Shown here: positions 59,772 to 64,000 of the stretch, in pieces
Layout of the letters: the number at the start of each line of letters is the position of its first letter
Position numbering within the stretch: the first letter of the stretch is position 1
Assembly (NCBI RefSeq): GCF_009914755.1
Contig: NC_060927.1
DNA from: the human T2T-CHM13v2.0 reference genome, Homo sapiens
Direction: 5' to 3' (one strand)
Length of the DNA: 64,000 bases
Notes under the pieces: model-generated
The model's input: only the letters and a program-made list of their open reading frames with translations
Told to the model about the DNA's origin: nothing
Databases searched by the model: none
Program-made: the position numbers and the translations under genes

Positions 59772-60510
59772 GTTCTGTCGCCATTCTCATCTGAACGTAC
59801 TACTTTTTACTTCAAGTTCTGATATTATTTTGTTGTTATTGCTGCTGTTGTTCTATTGACATGTTTAACCTCCCAAGATTAGAAATTATTCTATTTGTTT
59901 TATATTCAATATTGGCTTTTATTTTCCCACGTTTTTCCATTTCTGTGCTCGCCATTACTTACTGCATCTCAGAACGTCTGAATAGGATAGTTTTCCTTTG
60001 TTTTTGAAGTATTCTCTTTAGAATTTCTTTTAGTGAGAGTCTAAGGATGGTTAACTCTCTCCATTTTAGGTTATCTGAAAAGCCCTTTATTTATCCCACA
60101 TCCTGGAATGATAATTTAGGCAAACACAAAATTTTAAGTAGACTTCTAGCTTTATTATTCATGTTGAAAAGTAAAGAAAGTATAATTTTCACTCTTGGCA
60201 GAAAAGCTATATTTTCTCTCTTGCAATTATGCTGCTCTGCAGTTGGACTTTGATGTCTTTAGATATGAATTTGTTTTTAGTTTTCTTATTTGAGATTCAT
60301 TTTTGTTTCCTGAATCCAAAGATTCATGACTGTTATCAATTAATGTTTTCTAACATTATCTTCCTCCTTCTTCACTATTTTTCCTAGTATTATAATAAAA
60401 TATATGCTGAACCATTTTTCCTTCTTTTATTTTAACCATTCGTATTTTAATATCACTCATTGTCTTTCTGTGCTACATTGTCAGTAATTCTTTCAAATCT
60501 TCTGAAGTGG

Positions 60511-60754
60511 GACTTTGCTTTTTAGTTGTACTTAATCTGATGTTCCACCTCTCCATTGGGGCTATAATTATAATCTAATTTTTTTTTTTTTTTTTTTTTT
60601 TGGAGACGGAGTCTCACCCTGTCACCCAGGCTGGATTTTGTGACTTCCCTTTTTAGTTGTACTTAATCTGATGTTCCAACCCCTCCACTGAGGCTATAAT
60701 TATAATTTAATTTTTTTTTTTTGAGATGGAGTCTCATCCTGTCGCCAGGCTGGA
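60511..60754. repeat. Diverged tandem duplication of flank + Alu tail + Alu 3' end
   Basis: copy 1 at 60511-60635, copy 2 at 60642-60754. Confidence 0.9.
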
Positions 60755-60866
60755 GTGCAGTGGCGCGATCTTGGCTCAGTGCAACCCCCGCCTCCCAGGT
60801 TCAAGCGATTCTCTGCCTCAGCCTCCCAAGTAACTGGGATTACAGGTGCCCGCCACCACACCCGGC

Positions 60867-60911
<45 letters not shown>

Positions 60912-61036
60912 TTTTTAGTAGAGATGGGGTTTCACCATGTTGGCCAAGCTGGTCTTGACCTCCTGACCTGAGGTGATCCACCCGCCTCGGCCTCCCAAAG
61001 TGCTGGGATTACAGGCGTGAGCCACCACGCCTGGCC
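60711..61036 (-). mobile_element. AluS with (TA)n expansion in the middle A-rich linker
   Basis: TSD ATAATTTAA at 60702-60710 and 61037-61045; (TA)n about 60873-60903. Confidence 0.95.
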
Positions 61037-61488
61037 ATAATTTAAATTTTCATGTCTAATCTTTTTCATTTTTTGAGAGCCATGTTTCCCTACTTAATTT
61101 TTTTCCTTGTATTCCCCTAAATATTATAAATGTGCTTAGTTTATAGTAAATGTCACATAATTCCAATACCTGAAGCTCTTAAAGAGTTAATTCTGCCGTA
61201 TGCTGTGTGCAGCTCTTATGCTGCCTTTTGTTTCTCTCATGTGTTTCTCAATTTTTTGTCAGAATCCTGCAAGTTGTAGGAATGAGTTTTTCCAGAAAAT
61301 TCATTTTCTTCTAGCTGCATCCAGTCCCCAACCCATGCGGACTGTGTCAACAACTTTAGATTTATTTATCGTCTTGACTTATCCTGACTGAAGCAGGAAA
61401 AGTAAATTTGAACTCTAAACTCCATAGAGGATGTGAGTGTAACTATGAAATCTCAAATAGCCTTTTTTAAAAATATGCAGAATTCAAA

Positions 61489-61597
61489 CCAAGTCCGACA
61501 GCCTTCTCCCCTATTTAAGGTGTCCAAGACCGAAGGGCTTCTCCCCTATTTCCGGTGTCCACGTCCGACCGGCTTCTCCCCTATTTCCCGTGTCCAC
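61489..61597. repeat. Tandem repeat, 3 x 35 bp, CpG-rich
   Basis: invariant core CTTCTCCCCTATTT...GTGTCCA with 35-bp period. Confidence 0.92.
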
Positions 61598-61738
61598 AGA
61601 CTGGCTCTGCTTCTATCGTACTTGTTTACAAAGGGTTGAATCACTCACAGGTCCTGATTGTAATGGAACGAGCTTGTTTACCTCATGGTATTTAAGATCT
61701 GCCCCTTGCTCCCAAGATGTTTGTTAAAACAGGACACA

Positions 61739-61862
61739 GGCCAGGCACAGTGGTGCAGTCTATAGTCCCAGCTATTTAGGAGGTTGAGGAGGGAGTGTCA
61801 TTGCTTGAGCACAGACCCAGGAGTTCAAGTCCAGTCTGGGCAACAAATCAAGCTTTGTATTT
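61739..61862 (+). mobile_element. FLAM/FAM Alu monomer
   Basis: ggccaggcacagtggtgc...cccaggagttcaagtccagtctgggcaaca. Confidence 0.85.
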
Positions 61863-62707
61863 AATCTATCTATTTAATGCTTAATTCTTTCTGTAAGAAC
61901 ATATACAAGCAGTCATTCAACCTATATAAGATACATCTCATAAACCATCTCATTAGGATTAGCTGAACCTATTCTCTTTCTCTGTACAAGGTTAGAATGA
62001 GACATGCATTCTCAGCATTTCTCTTTTTGTGATGAAGTCTCCAAAGTCCCTGAAACTGTTTTGGTGAGCATCTTTTCTGAACCCTGGGATGCAGTTCACA
62101 GAGGCTGGAGAATTGAATGAATTAATACTGATAGGTGGTCTCTTTAAAATTTCCTAACACTGGGAGGATTACAATTTTTCATGTCAATATTTGTTCTACG
62201 GTGTTCAGTTTAAAGAGTGTAATATTTGTCACAGGTAAAGAAAATAGTAATTAGGGAATTCTCCATCCTTTCCAAAAGCGGAATCCTTTACCTCCTACTC
62301 AAAAAGTTTCTTCTTTCTCTAACAGAACACGATTAATCTTTATGTTACTTTGTCATTTTGTAAGCCTCAATTCAGATGGAGTGACACACTTATACATCAA
62401 ACTCTCATTTTCTAGGACAGTCATTCTTATTCTGAAGCCATTTGTGATAAAATATTATTACTTATTTCCAGTCAATTATATATTTTATAAAATATGATAA
62501 GGTAAATTATTAGAAAATAATTGTGAGCTGGGAGATCACAGCCAGTTCAATTGCCATGAAGGGTTCTAAACAGTCTCCATTCCTGTACTCATTGTGGCAC
62601 TGGTTCATGGATCACACTTTGAGTAAAAATGACAGGATACGCAGCTGTCTGACTACATCCTCCCTGGTTATAACAGACTCTAGAGTGTGCTTGCTTTTCA
62701 TTGCCAC

Positions 62708-63013
62708 TTTTTGCTTGTTTGTTTGTTTTTGAGACAGGTTCTCACTCTGTTGCCCAGGCTGGAGTGCAGTTGTGCAACCACAGCTCACTGCTGCCTGGAC
62801 CTCCCAGGCTCAAGTGATCCTCCTACCTCAGTCTCCTGAGTAGCTGGGACTACAGGTGCACACCACCACACCGGGCTTAATTTTTGTATTTTTTGTAGAG
62901 AAATGGTTTCGCCATGTTTCCCAGGCTGGTCTGGAACTCCCGGGGTCAAGCAATTCTCCCTCCTTGGCCTTTTAAAGTGCTGGAATTACAGGCGTGAGCC
63001 CCTGCACCTGGCC
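62708..63013 (-). mobile_element. AluJ
   Basis: gagacaggttctcactctg...ggctcaagtgatcctcc. Confidence 0.93.
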
Positions 63014-64000
63014 CTCAGTGTCACTTTCTTAAGAATATGTCTTTACTTTGAATAGAGATTCATTTAGTCACTTCTTTCATAATACAATTTTCATCAAGGT
63101 AATGAAGGTCTAGAGAATTTATCAGCTTTGTAAGTATTCAGAAATTTTAAACCACCATTAACACTGTGCTTGGCCTCCATTCTCTACTGTGATCTGTAAC
63201 CTATTTCTCTCCCCATTATTTAAGAACTAATGTTTGCTCCTAGAATTTGTAGTGTCTTTCCAACACATTTGTACTCTCTTTTCTGTGTGTGAGCAAACAC
63301 TCTGGTTATAACATCTTCTATCTAACGGATCTCTGTTTCTTTTAAAAAGTTGTGCTAACCTCACTCATCCCATTCCAATATTTAGCTTCATTCAACACTA
63401 TCTTGATAATGTATTTGAAATTAGATTTACTTCCCTACATTACATATACCACCCTGTGGTAAAGGTCAATGTAACAAAAGTGAACTCAAAGTTATGGTGT
63501 ATGTGTGTGTTTATTTATAGATTTACGTAAAGTTGAAAGAGAAAAAAGAAATATATTTTTAACTTCTTTCTGAACTTTTTAAAGTGTTATTTTTTTTAAT
63601 GTTTCATATTATCATGCTTGCTTTCCCCCTTTGAACAGCAAGCATGTACGATATGTGTGTTGTATTCTTTTTCTTCCTTAATCAATTGTTTTCTTGTTAA
63701 AGACAGGTATCCTCTTAAAAAACATGTTCTACCCCGCCATGAGATTTGAGCTACTCCTAGACTGATATATACCATGCTCCAAAAATTCTCCCTGCTCTTA
63801 CTGTTCACAAAGCCAACTGCTATATCTTCAGAGCTTTTTCTTGTTTCTAAAGCCCCAACCGTAGGCATACAGCCATTGATACTATGAAACTCCTGAGGTC
63901 TCCAATTATCTATTCAAGTTTTCAGGGAGAGCCCTTCCCCAGCTTTGTCTTGCAAGATGTAAAATGTATTTTTTCTCACACACAGTCCGTGACTACATAT

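Larger units (their letters stand above)
59870..61300 (-). mobile_element. Ancient L1ME-type fragment
   Basis: ctttagaatttcttttagtgagagtct...aactctctccatttt...tctgaaaagccctttattt. Confidence 0.65.

Overview
Primate, almost certainly human, AT-rich and CpG-poor non-coding genomic DNA. It contains an AluYa5 with all five diagnostic bases. It looks intronic or intergenic. I found no protein-coding gene, RNA gene, CpG island or CRISPR array, and I could not identify the locus. The longer ORFs in the track come from Alu, LTR, L1, L2 or minisatellite sequence. The window holds about 26 Alu elements or fragments (FLAM, J, S, Y, Ya5), old L1/L2/MIR fragments, MaLR and ERVL solo LTRs, small DNA-transposon remnants and five minisatellites. 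Three things deserve a second look. (1) Several compact transcription-factor motif modules in unique sequence have a lymphoid/myeloid flavour: ISRE + PU.1 + Ets-IRF composite + octamer at 44.7 kb, an inverted double octamer at 29.2 kb, and STAT/BCL6 + a palindromic NF-kB site at 55.2 kb. (2) The minisatellites are structured: an 11 x 29 bp hairpin array, a 7 x 33 bp array apparently born from L2, and a 5 x 52 bp array carrying motifs. (3) There are unusual retrotransposition and rearrangement scars. Repeat subfamily calls rest on recalled consensus sequences, old-repeat boundaries are approximate, and regulatory calls are motif-based inference only.
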